A stretch of DNA of 64,000 bases from Mobula hypostoma (GCF_963921235.1 NC_086108.1:61878001-61942000); one strand, 5' to 3'. Positions 1 through 14,602 are shown, numbered from the stretch's first letter. Program-made: numbers and translations. The notes: generated by a model from the sequence alone, not told the origin.

Positions 1-849
1 TTTAAGTAACAACAAGGCAAAACATTAATTATCTCATGGAACTTTCCAGAGGTTTTCAATAAAACGGGTAAAAATATCTCTGAATATTTTTGGAAGTGAC
101 TCTCTCTTTCTCTCAAACTGTGGCATACATAAGATCAGCGAGTACTGCAAGCAAAAGCAGTAACGTTATCGGAAATAACCTTGTTGCTTACTTACATTTT
201 TCTGCATATTTATTATGCTTCACTGTGCTTCCAGAAGGTGCTTGAAACGTCTGAACAGAGGCCTACCCAAATATTGAACCAGCCACGTGCTCTCAGTCCT
301 GCATTTGTATGTCTCTCCTGAGTTCACACAAACAATAAATCTTCTTGGGCTTTTCCTCCAGAAATCCCCCTGAAGAATGATCAATTCATGGCATAACTCA
401 TGGGTGTGTCACAGTGCATGCTCTACCTAAAACTGTTCCCGATTCCACGGTAGGAAAGGATCCTGATTTGCACAATTAAGAAGCCAAACACCCTTTAAGT
501 AGCAGGCACTCTTGTCAATTAAATGTTGTCTAAAATAATACATCATCTTGTCTATTTGAGATGCAGTTCAGCTGTTGCAGTTTCAATCTGATTTACATAG
601 CAGCAGGTAACTTCAGTTCCATTTCTTTCCTGGAGAAGACAGATATAAAGCCTTCAGTTTTTATTTCTCTCGGAGATTCATGAATTTTTTAAAGTCCTTT
701 TCTCAAAGGGCAGTGGAAAAAGAGTTTCTGAATATTTTCTAAGGCAGAGCTACATGGAGAGTTGATAAGTGGGGGGACATGGATGGAGAAAGATGCAGAA
801 GAATGGTTACAAGCAGATGGCCACAATCTTATTAAGTGATGGAGCAGAC

Positions 850-1230
850 CTGGGGCCTTAATTGGAGTATTCACACTTCCATTTAGTACGGCTGTATGTT
901 TGGATACAAGTTCCTGAATTCTGGGGATTAGAATGTTGAAGTCGGCAGTCTCTCCTTGTAATTTATTAGTCCAGGTATTACGATGATAAATATGCACCAT
1001 ATTCTCCAGACAACAATTTATCCTTTCTGCAGTGTAATTTCCAGAACTGCTCAGAGTACTCTAGGAATGGTGTAGTTAGCACATTGCACTGATTTTTTAC
1101 TCTTTCTACCCATTTCTGGTACAGTCCTTCAAGTACAATGAACAACTTTCCATTCACCCTTTCGATTTCTTTCTCCACTCTTCCATGATCTTCCAAATCC
1201 ATAGCATTCTGCACCTCCTCCCTCTCCAGC
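850..1230 (-). mobile_element. Highly degenerate CR1-type LINE ORF2 fragment
   Basis: ORF 978..1268(-) contains TTPFLEYSEQFWKLHCRKD, a decayed form of the CR1 motif RPHLEYCVQFWSPxxRKD seen intact at 55802..56851. Confidence 0.6.
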
Positions 1231-2075
1231 ATTAGTGATTCCCAATGCAGATAGGGGAATTGCATCATCTAGTACCTTTGTTCCATCCACTGCCAGTGGC
1301 CACCTAATTCCACTTCCCATTCCCACACTGACATGTCTGTCCACAGTCTCTACTATTGCCATGTTGAGGCTAGAGACAGGTTGCAGGAGGAACATCTCAT
1401 ATTCCGCCTTAAAACCATAAGACATTGGAGCAGAATTAGGCAATTCTGCCTATCTAGGCTGCTCTACCATTTGATCGTGCCTGATTTACTTTCCGCCTCA
1501 ATTCCATTCCCCTGCCTTTTCACCTGTAACCTTCGATACCCATACTGATCAAGAACCTATCTAACTCCACTTTAAAATATACTCATTGACTTGGTCTCCA
1601 CAGCCATCTGTGGCAATGAGTGACACAGATTCAACACATACTCGCTAAAGAAATTCACACTCATCACTGTTGTAAAGAGGTCCATTCTATTCTGAGGCTG
1701 TGTCCTCTGGTCCTAATGGAAACATCCTCCCCATGTACACTCTATTTAGGTCTTCCAGTAATTGTTATGTTTCAATGAGAACCCTGTTCATTCTTCTAAA
1801 CTCCTCATGCATTAATCCTTTCATTCCCTGGATCGTTCTCATAAACTTCCGCTGGATCCTCTCCAATTCCAACACATCCTGACATGGATATGAGGCCTAA
1901 AACTGCTCATAATACTCTGCTCCTCCCCCTTTCTTTCTTATTTAGGCTTCAGCCCTCTTCCTTTCCAGTCCCGATGAAGCCCAATGAATATCTCTGCCCA
2001 AAATATTGACTGTTCACTTCCTCCATAGATGCTGCCGGATGTGTTGAGTTCCTCCAGCACTTTGTGTGTGTTGCA
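1230..2075 (+). mobile_element. Degenerate Penelope-like element 3' part, interrupted by a minus-strand CR1 3' end (about 1412-1915)
   Basis: 1290-1410 matches the 15300-15420 Penelope segment (HCHxEAxxRLEEQHLIFRL). 1960-2075 matches its terminal repeat. The intervening sequence is the reverse complement of a CR1 3' end. Confidence 0.7.
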
Positions 2076-2279
2076 CAGTATTAAGTTTGGTCTGTCACTG
2101 CCTCAGGCCAACAAGAAGTTGGCTTATACCAACCAAAAACTCAGGAGCAAATGATATGCCCAGTGAAGCTGTAAAAGCATGTGAGAAGATAATAACGCTA
2201 AACACAGCTTCAAATTAATGGTAGCAGTGATCGCTGTCTGCCACTGTTTGGAGGCATACACTACCTACATCAGATGCCA

Positions 2280-2810
2280 CAAAGTAATGGACCCTTGATA
2301 ACAGTGCTCTCATTGTCAAATATGCTGATAGGATAGAGGAACCCAATGTCAGTGTTCTTTCCACAATAATATCGAGTGCGGAAGTTCAGCCAGCTGTGAA
2401 GAATAGGCCACATTGTTCATGTTCCCCACACCAGACTCCTGAACTAGGCACTCTATTTGAGCTCTATCATGATATAAAGTCAGCAGGAAGACAGAGAAAA
2501 CTCTACAAGATTGCTCTCAAAGCTTCTTTGACAAAACACAAGCTCCCCACAGACCCACAGCATCCACTGGTCCATAATTTTCAACATTTAGAAGATGTAT
2601 TCAGAATGGCATTGAGACCCTCTATTTGTCAGGAGTACACAGAAACCCAGTGAAAATGATGGAAGGAGAGCACCACCTCATAAATTATCCACCATCTTCT
2701 GCTGTACTTGTGGCATAATCTGGGAACCTACACTTGCCTCAAAAGCCACCTCAGAACCCACAGGTATTGAGTGGAAGCAAATCATCTTTGATTCTAAGAG
2801 AGTGATCTAA
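2280..2810 (+). mobile_element. Degenerate RTE-clade LINE 3' fragment
   Basis: ORF 2396..2653 LFELYHDIKSAGRQRKLYKIALKASL resembles the RTE/BovB motif LYGEL...GGQKKRFKDTLKASL. Confidence 0.6.
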
Positions 2811-2849
2811 GGGAATGGTCCTGAGGCCTTAAAGCTGTAGAAATATTAA

Positions 2850-3290
2850 AAATTGTCAAGGAAGTGTTCTGATGTTATGGATCGATCACTCTGTTATAGG
2901 AAAGGCTCAGCTGGACTGGATGCGGAAGAGATTTTCAAGAGTGCTATCTGGACCAAAAGACTTGAGTTATAGGGAGAGGTTAGTCACACTAGAATTTTAC
3001 TGCCTGGCATGCAGAAGAATGAGCGGAGAGCCCATGGAGATGTATAAAACTAGGAAGGGTATGGATAAGATGAAGGATCATAGTCTTATCCCCAGGGTTT
3101 GGGAGTCCAAAACTCAAGGGCACAGATACAAGAGCAGAGAGTTTTAAAAGAGACTTGAGAGGTAATTTCTTTACACAAAGGGAAGCGGGTATTTGGAATG
3201 CGTTGTTAGAGGAAGTGGTCGAGGCAGGTACAATTGCAACATTTAAGAGGCACTTAGAGAGGTACATGGAAAGGCAGGTCTTTTTTCGTG
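2850..3290 (+). mobile_element. CR1 LINE 3' fragment
   Basis: KRFSRVLSGPKDLSYRERL...RRMSGEPMEMYK is the CR1 ORF2 C-terminal motif. Confidence 0.8.
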
Positions 3291-4599
3291 ATATTTGACT
3301 CTATGACTCTATAATGAGCCGTGAACTGAAATAAGAAAACGTAGACCAATGGCTTTGAGACGTGAATGCAAGAACTACACACGCCATCCCTGTGTTTCTT
3401 CTTAGGAGATGTAACACAGCCAATTTACACATATAAACTGTTACATGATTCACTTTGCCAAGATTTCAGAAGGCAGGTCATGTAAACAAGCATTAACATT
3501 TCTTCTCATCGAAGTTGCATTTAATACTTAGTGTCTCCAGGATGCCACTGAGAGTATGGGAGAGAGGTGTTAGGCTTTGACAATCTTATTGCAATTTCCT
3601 TTGCAGAAATTTTAAAACATTCCTCCCCTTTTTACCCAAACACCACTAGCTATAATTTTAAATTGCCGCAACAATTTTAGAGCAAATTAAATGTATTAAT
3701 AATGTTAACAGAATGAAAATATGGACCCAGTAGCTTCCAGGTAGGTGTTGAAAATTTCACCAGCATATCTTACTCATCATCTCTTCATGCAATCATTTTG
3801 GACTACTTGATGTCAAGAGCCACACTGCAGAAAGCCAGCACTGAAATGAATCCATTAGTTATTTATCGTACATTACGGCAGTTCTCTTTAATAAACACAG
3901 CAGTGAAAAATAATACATTTTTAATGTTCTTGAAATCAGCCAGTGGAACTGATGAAAATGAAAAGTGAATCATATCTGTGGAATCTTTAAAGAAAGGAAA
4001 TGTCAGCTCCCAAGTGTGTTGTTTGTTGAACCTGGGCCAAGCTCAGTAGTCATTACACACTGAAGTCTCCAATCATTCTGTCAGTATTCATCACTGCAGA
4101 GCATGCCAAAGCAAAATATCTAATTAATGATAGCAAATATATAACTAAGTTATAAATGACAAAAACTGCATATTTCCCGATTGTCTTGAAGGGAGAACAT
4201 GGTACCAGGAGGAGATTATTCAATCCATCAGGTGATTCATTGAACAGTAAATTGTCTGAGGTGGGATGGAAAGGGGAAACATGCAAATTCTTATTTCCCC
4301 CTGTGATCAATGAAAATCCACACTAAAGTCATAAACTAACGGTTGAAACTTCGAATTGAGATTCTCTGTACAAGTTCACCCTATCTACTGACAACTTCAA
4401 TTGAACTCAGGCCCGGATCTCAGAGTAGCAACATAATCAACAACATAAGCAACAGGAGAGTAGAAAACTTCCCTATTCCATCAGAAGAGAAGCTGGGGGA
4501 ATTTCCTGGCAGAAATGTTATAGTTTTGGTGTCAATTGAAAACGGAATGAGAAAAGGCTTGGAAGGAGGAAAAAAGATGAAGATTAGCTTCATTTCTCA

Positions 4600-4935
4600 C
4601 CTGTACACCAAAATATTGATGCATGCAGTGAAATGCACCATTTGCAACAGCATCCACACAGTCTGAATACAGGGGCAGCCCACAAGTGTTGCTATGCTTA
4701 CAGTGCAATATAGCAACCCCACTGACTGACTGACTGACTGACTGACTGATAGCATCCCCACAATTTACTAACCCTCACTGATCCATACGTCTTTGGAATG
4801 TGGGAGGAAACTGGAGTATTCACAGGAAACCTACATGGTCACAGGGAGAACGTACAAGCTCCTTACAGAGAGCAGTGGGAATTGAACTTCGATTGCTCCT
4901 GCTGTAAGCTGCAACACCAGTCACTATGCTATCAT
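4600..4935 (-). mobile_element. tRNA-derived V-SINE-like element containing a (CTGA)n microsatellite at 4723-4749
   Basis: Reverse complement of 4798-4860 reads TTGTACGTTCTCCCTGTGACC...GTTTCCTCCCACA, similar to the V-SINE/HE1 central domain. Confidence 0.6.
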
Positions 4936-5539
4936 ACTGTCCTTAAGGTTGTTTGGGGAGATTTACTTGTCAGGACTTCCTGTATCATCTGTGCCTTGAA
5001 ACAGTGAGTGTAAAATGTGGGTAATCTGCTGTAAATTAAGAGTACAACATTCAATAATTCTACAGTGGCTGAAGCCTAGAACGGTTTGCATGAACATCAG
5101 GTTAACAAGGAGCAGTGCTTGGCTCTGTCTCTTGAATGTCAGCTTGTTTGCATATTTCATAAATCATTTTCTGCCACTTTCCCAGAACCGTAGCAGCTGG
5201 CATGGCAGCGGGTCTTGGCAGAGCAAAAGGTGCCAGAATTTCACAGACTTTAACTTTGACTTTCAAACCCTCCAAAAATATCTAGGTGAGGGGACACGTG
5301 GATCTGGACAGCAGTTCTGGACAGCAGCTCTAGGTGCCAAATCCCTCACCTCCACAACTGCAGACTGGTGCAGTATGAAATTCAACAACTTGTAAGGAAA
5401 GGCATCCAGGACTAGTGATCAGAAACCAGATTCTGATCTTTAGTGGACATCTTTGGGATCGCACACTCTTTGCTATTCAAAAAAACAAAAATCGTGTTGC
5501 CAACTTTTCACATGCTGGTACGAGAGACTGCATATACTG

Positions 5540-5765
5540 GGATCTGGAGCAATAAAATTTGCTGGATACATCAGTGGAACGAGCAGCACCACTGGGAGGA
5601 AAGGAATTGTCGACATTTTGGATTGAAACACAGCTCCTTTTCTCCATTTTATCCTAGCCTTCTGACCCTTTCACTCCCTGGAATTTGACCTGAAAAAAAA
5701 ATTCCCTTCCTTCCACCAGTGCTGCTTGATTTGTCGAATTCCTCCAACAGATTGATTTTTTTCAC
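5540..5765. mobile_element. Old inverted pair of Penelope terminal-repeat fragments
   Basis: AAAATTTGCTGGA...GCAGCACCACTGG at the left end and CCAGTGCTGCTTGA...CCTCCAACAGATTG at the right end are inverted, diverged copies of the repeat seen at 21830 and 59580. Confidence 0.5.
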
Positions 5766-5904
5766 AATGCACACAGATAGCAGCAGTTCATCATGACTGT
5801 GGAGCTCCCAGACAGCAATTACTATGCACACAACTTTGGAAGTAATTCTGTTCCTTTGAACTTTTGAACTCATCACATCTCTTACTTCGTTCTCTCATTT
5901 TGTT

Positions 5905-7443
5905 ACCGGGACTGGATGAGATGTACACCAGGCTACTGTGGAAGGCGCGGGAGGAGATTGCTGAGACTCTGGCGATGATCTTTGCATCATCAGTGAGGAT
6001 AAGAGAGGTTCCAGAGGATTGGAGGGTTGCGGATGTTGTTCCATTATTCAAGAAAGGGAGTAGAAATAGCCAAGGAGATTATAGACCGGTGAGTCTTACT
6101 TCAGTGGTTGGTAAGTTGATGGAGAAGATCCTGAGAGGCAGAATTTATGAACATTTGGAGAGGCATAATGTAATTAGGAATAGTTAGCATGGCCTTGTCA
6201 AAGGCAGGTCGTGCCTTACGAGCCTGATTGAATCTTTTGAGAATGTGACTAAACGCATTGATGAAGGTAGAGCATTAGATGTAGTGTATATGGATTTCAG
6301 CAAGGCATTTGATAAGGTACCCCGTGCAAGGCTTATTGAGGAAGCAGGAGGCATGGGATCCAAGGGGACACTGCTTTGTGGATCCAGAACTGGCTTGCCC
6401 ACAGAAGGCAAAGAGTGATTGTAGACTGATCATATTCTGCATGGAGGTTGGTGACCAGTGGTGTGCCTCAGGGATCTGTTCTGGGACTCCTACTCTTCGT
6501 GATTTTTATACATGACCTGGATGAGGAATTGGAGGGATGGGTTAGTAAATTTGCTGATGGCACAAAGGCTGGAGGTGTTGCGGATAGTGTGGAAGGCTGT
6601 CAGAGTTTACAGCGGGACATTGATAGAAAGCAAAACTGGACTGAGAAGTGGGAGATGGAGTTCAACCCAAGTAAGCGTGAGGTGGTTCATTTTGGTAGAT
6701 CAAATATGATGGCAGAATATAGTATTAATGGTAAGACTCTTGCCAGTGTGGAGGATCAGAGGGATCTTGGGGTCCAAGTCAATAGGATGCTCAAAGCTGC
6801 TGCACAGGATGACTCTGTGGTTAAGGAAACATATGGTGCATTGGCCTTCATCAATTATGGAACTGAGTTTAAGAGCCGAGAGGTAATGTTGCAGCTATAT
6901 AGGACACTGGTCAGACCCCACTTGGAGAACTGTGCTCAGTTCTGGTTGCCTCACTATAGGAAGGATGTGCAAACCATAGAAAGGGTGCAGAGGAGATTTA
7001 CAAGGATGTTGCCTGGATTGGGGAGCATGCCTTATTAGAATAGGTTGAGTGAACTCGGCCTTTTCTCCTTGGAGCAACAGAGGATGAGAGGTGGTCTGGT
7101 AGATATGTATAAGATGATGCGAGGCATTGATTGTGTGGATAGTCAGAGGCTTTTTCCCAGGGCTGAAATGGCTAGCACAAGAGGACACAGTTTTAAGGAG
7201 CTGATTGGAAGTAGGTACAGAGGAGATGTCGAGGAATGTTTTTTACACAGAGAGTGGTGAGTGTGTGGAATGGGCTGCTGGTGACAGTGGTGGAGGCAGA
7301 TACAATAGGTACATGGAGCTCAGAAAAATAGAGGGCTATGGGTAACCCTAGGTAATTTCTAAAGTAAGGACATGTTCAGCACAGCTTTGTGGGCTGAAGG
7401 GCCTGTATTGTGCTGCAGATTTTCTATGTTTCTATGTTTCTAT
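5905..7443 (+). mobile_element. 5'-truncated CR1 LINE (RT domain to 3' tail), pseudogenic
   Basis: [29 protein letters not shown] and RPHLENCAQFW motifs. (TTTCTATG)n tail at 7421-7442. Same subfamily as 50190-51530. Confidence 0.95.
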
Positions 7444-7779
7444 TCTGCTTGGTGTTTTTGTCTAAGCTAGTCTCTCTCTAGATCCATTCTTAATTAATGC
7501 TCATCATGGTCCTTCTGATATTAATGGTCCCTTCTGTCTCAACTATTACCATTGCCCTACAACTGCCAGGTCATTTCAATCTTCAGAAATGTTTCCCTTC
7601 TATAACTATGCCTACTGAATCCCTGATTTCCATCATTGTGAGGGCAACACAGCTTAACTATTTTTTTGATTATTCATCTTCCCGCCAACAATTGCAGTTG
7701 AATGTGCAAACAGCAACACTTTGGCTTCCTGTGCAACTCAGCTGCAATCTGTATAGCCTGACTTCAGTGAGAAAAAAAG

Positions 7780-8100
7780 AGCTTGAGCAATGAAGAAAGA
7801 GGAATCTGAAGTGGTTGCCATCTTCAGCCAAGAAGTGCCACATAGAATGTCCATTTTGGCCTCTTCCTAATGTTCCTACCATCACAGGAGCCAGATCTTT
7901 GCTAGTCACCATTCACTAGAAATTCTAAACAGCTCACTTTGACATTACCAACATAAAATACCCAGCCATTAATGTTCCTGAGGTCACCACTGATCAGGAA
8001 CTTCTCTGGACAATTCACTTTAATATGGTTGCTGCAAAATCAGATCAGAAACGGAGTATTCTGCAGTGAGGTAGCTCAATATGATTTGATCCATCACCGT
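7780..8100 (+). mobile_element. Ancient LINE (CR1/L2 group) RT C-terminal remnant
   Basis: NVPEVTTDQELLWTIHFNMVAAKSDQKRSIL resembles the LGVTIDxKLxWxxHIxxVxxKA motif. Confidence 0.45.
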
Positions 8101-8959
8101 CTGCACCATTCTCATTGCAACATGAATGAAGGAAGAAAAGAAGAGAAGGGACAAATAAACTAGATTCATGTTTCAACTTTGCATTATTTAATCCAATGTT
8201 CAGACACTATACCTACAGATCAAATAGCAGACATTCATTTTTAAGAAAAATTGGATTCCATATAAAACAATTTCTCTTTTCAGCTATGTTATGCATAAAT
8301 ATTGATATCTTTTGAATTATTTATTCAAACCTTAAGTCTTCTATATCATCTAGCGTGGTACTTATTAAGAAATTGAAATATAAACATTTTTTGCACAGGA
8401 AGTGACTCATCATTTGACACCTGTTGATTTCTCACTTTTGGGGGCAGTTGACATGTGAAATCAATCATATTATTTCACTGTGTGTGTTACCAAATTGCTT
8501 TAAAAGAAGCTACAACATTGTAAGATTTTTAACCTTTTTCATTTACCACAGACCACCAAGAGAGTTAGAGTATAAAGTGGTTAATCAGTTCTTTTAAAAA
8601 GAACAATAAATGCTATAATATATAATTACACAAAATGAATGATCTATCTGCACTAATTACAAGATTTCATCGTGGTTCAGTTGTTCAGGCAAACTGTAAT
8701 GTGGCGATTGTACAGGTTGACCTTGCATCTCAGTGGGAAAAGGGATCTTGTTGAACTGAGTGAGCATAGTGCAAAGCCAAGGCATTTATTCCAATCTCAG
8801 AAGTTTGATGACTTTTCCACCCTTATCCCTTTTTGCATAAACTTAAATATTCTTTGTCAATATTGATTTTAGTATCTCATTGGTCCCTTACAATTAAGAG
8901 CCTTAGGCAGTGATCAACTACAAACTTACAGAAACCCTTGTGGGCTCTTTCCTGCTGGG

Positions 8960-9740
8960 GCAGTGATCATACAACTTTCTGTTATTCCAAGCCTTGTCAG
9001 CTGCCCCTCCAGGTCTTTTTTGGACGATATCCACAGATGTACCCTTTCTTGTATTAGCATGTGGTCATCATGCCTGCGTCCACCACCTCCTCTGGCAGCT
9101 CTTTCTAGATACCAACTACGCTTTGTGTGAAAAGTATACTCCTCATATCCCCTTTAAACCTCATGCCTCTCACCTCAATCCAATGCTCTCTAGTTTTAAG
9201 TATGTCTATCATACCTACCCTATCTATATCCGCCCTATCAAAACCTCACCTCTTCACTGCAGGGAAAACAGAACTATCCTCTCCAATCTCTGTTGAGGAT
9301 TCAAACATCCAATACAGGTAACATCCTTACGAATCTTTTCTGTGCCATCTCTAATTTAATTACATCCTTCCTAAAGAACGGGAACTAGAAGTGCATACAA
9401 TACTCCAGAACCTTTCTCACCATGCTGCCTACCTGCGTTGCCTTTTTCCAGGAAATATGTACTTAGACCACACTATTTCTTTATTCAGCACATTCCCCAG
9501 GGCCCTGTCCTTCACTATGTACAATCTGCTCTGGTTTAACTTACCAAAATACATCACTTTGGACTTGTCCGTGTTAACTTCTATCAGCCATTCCCTGGCC
9601 CATATTCCCAGCTGATCTGTATCTTGCTGCAATCTTAGACGACCTTCTTCAGTCTCCTCTATACCACCAGTCCAGTTTTGATTCATCTCCAAGCTTTCTA
9701 ATTATGCCACTCCAAATTCCTATCCAAATCATTAATACAT
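8960..9740 (-). mobile_element. Degenerate CR1 LINE fragment
   Basis: ORF 9429..9692(-) RLQQDTDQLGIWAREWLIEVNTDKSKVMYFG is the CR1 RT thumb motif. Confidence 0.8.
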
Positions 9741-12700
9741 ATTTTTTCTTACAGTTATTGCATGAAGATCACATTCACAGTGCCACTGGATGGATAGACC
9801 CCACACTTTGATTCAAGGAGCTAGTCTTTGGCCATGGCAAAAACATGGTTAAAAAGGACCCTGGAAGACACAGGGAAACCCCTCTATAATTACCACAGTA
9901 AGATTTTTCTCCTCTTTGAGGAATTAGCACATTTATGCAGTGAGCTAATTAACCTTTCTAATTATAATTCTATTAGTTAGGATTATAACCCAATTTCAAG
10001 TGCATTAAATGGTATGATAACTGGAAAGTTACAATGTGATCTAAAACTAAAGGTCATTGCTATAACAGCTCAAAATAGCAAACTCAGGGGATCATCTTTG
10101 AGATCATGAGAATGGTGTTCGGGGAAAACATCTTGGCAGATTATCACATCAGAGTAAAATCTTCCAGAACTTCTAGAAGAAGAAAAATCTTGGGCAGATT
10201 TAATTCCAATTGTTAGTGCTTGCTGGATTAAAGAGGAATCCAGAGTGGTCAGAAAGTAGAGCTGCAGTCAAGACCAGGTCAGCCAAAATCTAGCTGCTAA
10301 ACGGACGTAATTATAGTACTTACCTAGATGTTTCTCTGCTGTCTGCATCAGGAGAAGTCGTTGCTTGATTCCTCCTCAACCATTTCTTTTCAGTGTCTGA
10401 TATTCTTTGCCACAATAGTTACAGCACAGACTCAGCCAACTGAGGAGCAAAATTTACCATACAACAAAGCAGGAAAATGTAGGGAGTGGTGGCAACAGAG
10501 ACTTTCACAGCATTTAAGTATCTAGAATCATCAAAGCAGAGAAGGCCATGGACTAAGTGCTGGAAAATGGGGTTAATATAGATAGGTACTTGATAGGTCA
10601 AAGGGGTCTTTTTCTGCACCATATGACTATTTGTACCAAGCACAACATCAAATTGAAAATCTGTTAAACTTACCTAATGAGAAACAAATCATATGGGAAG
10701 GCAACATCACCTACAGTAGCAGGGGTCGGAGGAAAAATGACATGTAGAGCAATTTATGAAGAATATTAGAATCGCTGCAGTATGATAGAAAGCCATTTGG
10801 CCCAACAAGCCCATTATGAACTTTTGAAACAGCATTTTAGTCAGTTTTATTCTGAACACATTACGCAGATTTTCATGGAGTTATCAAAGACTTTTGGAGG
10901 ATTTTTTGTAAAGCACTGGTTGTAGACCAGTAAAACTGCAGGGTGGTGAGAGAGAGGGGTAAATTCTTGGAGGGTTTGAATGTAAAAAATATAATAATGA
11001 AATGAAGACATTACTCAACCAAGTTATTTAATTGATGTCAGAAATAAAATTTACTAAGAGTGATCCTTAGAAATAGTTAAAGATGGGTAAATTAGACTTA
11101 TAACCCAATAGATTCTTGTGATTAATTAATATGTCACTTACCTAATTATTTTGATGAAGGTAACCGATTACAAAACAGAAAGGGAAACGGAAAAAGAAGG
11201 AAACTCAATATTTGAAGCAAATGGTGATTTGATTCAATCTATATTTCTGTATCTTTCTAGGAAGGATAGGTTCTACTTAGAATCTTTTCTTAAAATATAA
11301 TTTTATTACTTTGGTAACCATGGAAACTAAGGATAACTTGCTGACTTCCCATCACGATTTCATCAAGGCCATTTAAAAACTAGAATTAATGACCATTCTG
11401 GACAACATTGGCATATCACTGCAGTAAATATTATCTGCCAGTGGGATAAATGATCAACTAAAATTATTGGAGAGTGAGAGACAATCTAATATAGTGCTAC
11501 ATTGCAGATTCCAGATTTGAAAATTCTACTACATTTGAAGTTATTGTCAGAGCAGTCTTCATTTTTTGCTGAGACTTATGTCAGTATAATTTGGATCTAC
11601 AAAGCTCTTCATATCACATTATATTAGAACACTATTTTGAACTAACACATTAAAAATAGATGCAGATTTAATATTAATGTGAAGAATAGAGTAACTCTCC
11701 AACTGTCACAGATTACCTGAATATATTATGGATGGGAAGACAGGGAAAGGTTGCACTCAATGTTCCCAAGGATTGCAGAAACTATTAATGAAAGAGAGTG
11801 GGTAACTGATATGCTCAGGGGCTCTGATTTAAAAATGGAACTGGCATGATGGAGGAGAAGTGTCACCCGAGTATTTCACAGACCAATATTCTGAAGAAGC
11901 GCTACATTAGATCCAGTGTATCAATACGTTTTGCCGATGAGCAATATGATACCAAAGGGTCCAGCTTGAATCCTTGCTGGGCAACAGCCTTGATCATTTA
12001 TATGGATAAAGTTTTCAAATGGTATTCTCATCTATCTGTAGCAGATGGTTGAAAAATAGAGAACAATGAATTAAATACATCTCTGTTTCTTAATCCTTAA
12101 GATCGCGTCCTTTGTGTTTCTGCACTTCCAGTATTGGTGCAAGTTAGTTGGTCTAAAAACATTGCAAAAATTTTTTTATGGAAAATATTTTCTTTGTTCT
12201 CTTTCCTCCAATACAAAACAAATAATTCATCTTCCCATAGACTCCTCATTTGCCTAGATTCTCCACAGCATTCATGGGAAGGCAGGGGCATCACATAGGC
12301 AGCAGAAACAGAATAACAACGGTCTCTTAATATAATGGTTTGTCTACGTAGACTGTAGCCCTTTGACTTCGCTTTGTGCTGAAATGCATACTAGTGCCAT
12401 AAAGCCACAACAGCCTCTTTCATTCTCACCTAATTAAGTGATAAATATCTTGTCATCCCCAGTAATATACATTATTAACAAAGCATTGCTTGCAAGATCA
12501 GACACACAAATTGTGCATCAGCTTTAAGGATACAGAATCTTTTTCAATTGCAAATGAAATTTGGTTTTACTGTGCATTTATTATACTGAGGATTACTTCT
12601 TTCCAGAAACACGATTTTTCCCTTTTAAATTTTAGCTTGTTGCTCTTCTGACAACAACTGAAGTGGTAATTTTAAGCCAACAGGCATCAGATTACAAATC

Positions 12701-13839
12701 TAACGATGTCTTAAAGCAGTCACAGGTTGCCTTTCTATAAGGAAAATATTTGTCATTCAATGGCTAGCACTTTATCCTCACTTGAAGATATTTGTGGCAG
12801 GCAGAGAAAAAAGAGAACTGTGCAGCAGAGTAAAAGGAAGAAATGTCTGTGCACTACAGATGTGGCATTTTGACAATATTCTAAGTTGCATGTTAAAACA
12901 TGTGCATAATTCATCACACAATTATTTAATTAACAACTCTTCAGTAAACTTTCTTTTCTGTCCTTGTGTTCTTGATTTTTTGGCTTATACATTTTTGATT
13001 AGTTTCATATGTGAATCTTCTACAGCTTTACCCCATGGAGACGCATCAGTGGGTTTTAATAGTGTGCCAAGGATAATGAAGTGGAAATCTTATTTTGCAT
13101 TTGTTTATCTACAGGATATTACTCTCATTTTCCAAGACATAATGTTGCCACAGATCACTTTAGTAATTAACTACCAAACAAGTTCATTGAACAGTAGATG
13201 CATTCCTGAAAGTACAATATTATGTAAATATTAAAATGTATCAGTTCCTTAAACAAGGAAGTAGTTTTCACTCTATATTAAACCATGTTTTTTTATAACT
13301 GCCACCTTCATAGGCATTTTTTTCCTATATTCTTATCAGCAGTGGGAGCTGCATGTTGTTGAACTGTTGCTGAACTGTTCTTGGTCATAAATATGCACCA
13401 CCTAACAAGGCTTCTATATTTCAGTAACTATCAGCTGGATTCAAAAGACCTGCCAGTCAGGTACATAATTAAACAAATCACAGAATGCAATTTAGTTTGA
13501 ACTGTGCAGACACCAGACTTGCCAACAATCTTTGCTAAACAATATTGAGCCAGACTGAAATAAGATTCAGAATACAACTGGTTATTAAACTTTTATGTGC
13601 TGTGATCTTTTCTTAGGAAAGCCACAACCAAGCTGAACTGAATAAACAGTGCATCAATTTTGTTTTGAACAACAATAATCTATTATTACATAATGAATTT
13701 GCATCACACTATGTATGCACTGTACCTGTTGGCTTTATGTTTGCAGATTAGTTTCACAGCAGTTATTTAAATGTATTAAAGTATTTTTAAGTGTATTAAG
13801 TTATTTACAGCTTTGAAGAAGTCACAAGAAGTGTTAATG

Positions 13840-14137
13840 ACAATAGCACACTTAATGTCGTTTGACAGGAGCTTTGAAAAGATCCCAGATAGCAGATTAG
13901 TCAGTAAGGTAAAATCCAAAGGAGGAATGGCAAGTTGGATCAAAAATAAGCTGAATAGCATACACCAAGGGGTATTGATCGATTGATGGAGATGTTTAAA
14001 ACATGGCAACTTTTTCAGTGAAGTTTCCCAGCCATCCTTGCTTTTTGTAATATATATTTGTGATTAGACCAAAATGGAGGAGCATCCTTAAGAAACTTGC
14101 ATATGATAGAGAAAACTTCTGCCACAAGGTTAATTGT
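13840..14137 (+). mobile_element. Ancient CR1 RT fragment, left half of the provirus target site (continues at 27907-27960)
   Basis: Decayed KAFDKVP...WI...KFADD region ending AAGGTTAATTGT. Joined to AAGGAAGAAAGC at 27911 it reads KVNC-KEES, like CR1 KVNCEED. Confidence 0.65.
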
Positions 14138-14396
14138 TCTGATGGCACTGGGTTTGCTGACCACGAAGTTCAAAACTCTTATGAAGATCTTAAGCCCTAT
14201 CCGATATAGATAGCTACAGGAATCCTCACTAAAGGGAGGTTATACTGCAACCACCTACTCTACAAAAGCTAGTTCATTTCCCTGTTTATCCTTCACAGGG
14301 AGTTGAGCTGCCGATATCCATAATTTGAGCAGTGTGCCCCCATCCCAACCAAGGAGGATATGCTTCCAGCTGACAAAGTAGATTAAACACAGTTCA

Positions 14397-14402
14397 TTTA
14401 TT
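14397..14402 (-). terminator. LTR polyadenylation signal AATAAA (also at 27255-27260 in the 5' LTR)
   Basis: TTTATT on the + strand, conserved in both LTR copies about 260-270 nt from the U5 end. Confidence 0.6.
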
Positions 14403-14602
14403 TATAGTGATACATGTTTAAATTTAGATAAATTCTTAAATCATATTTAAAACTTAGAGGATTTCTATCTTATAAAAGATAAAAAGATTACAAAGGATTT
14501 CCAAAACACAGGTACAATTCCTATAAGCTAAAAATACATACCAACAAGTTGCAGATGAACAAATTGTCCATTGCAGAAATCAAAAGCAGAGGAATGGATT
14601 CT

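Noticed and set aside
10650..13800. Host exons or conserved non-coding elements in the repeat-poor stretch, including ORF 12782..13234
   Set aside because: AT-rich with no recognisable protein or splice structure; conservation cannot be judged without alignments
14131..14137. Alternative LTR end at TG 14135-14136 with a TAAT flank
   Set aside because: It gives no matching TSD (TAAT versus TTGT), and LTR-LTR similarity begins at 14138
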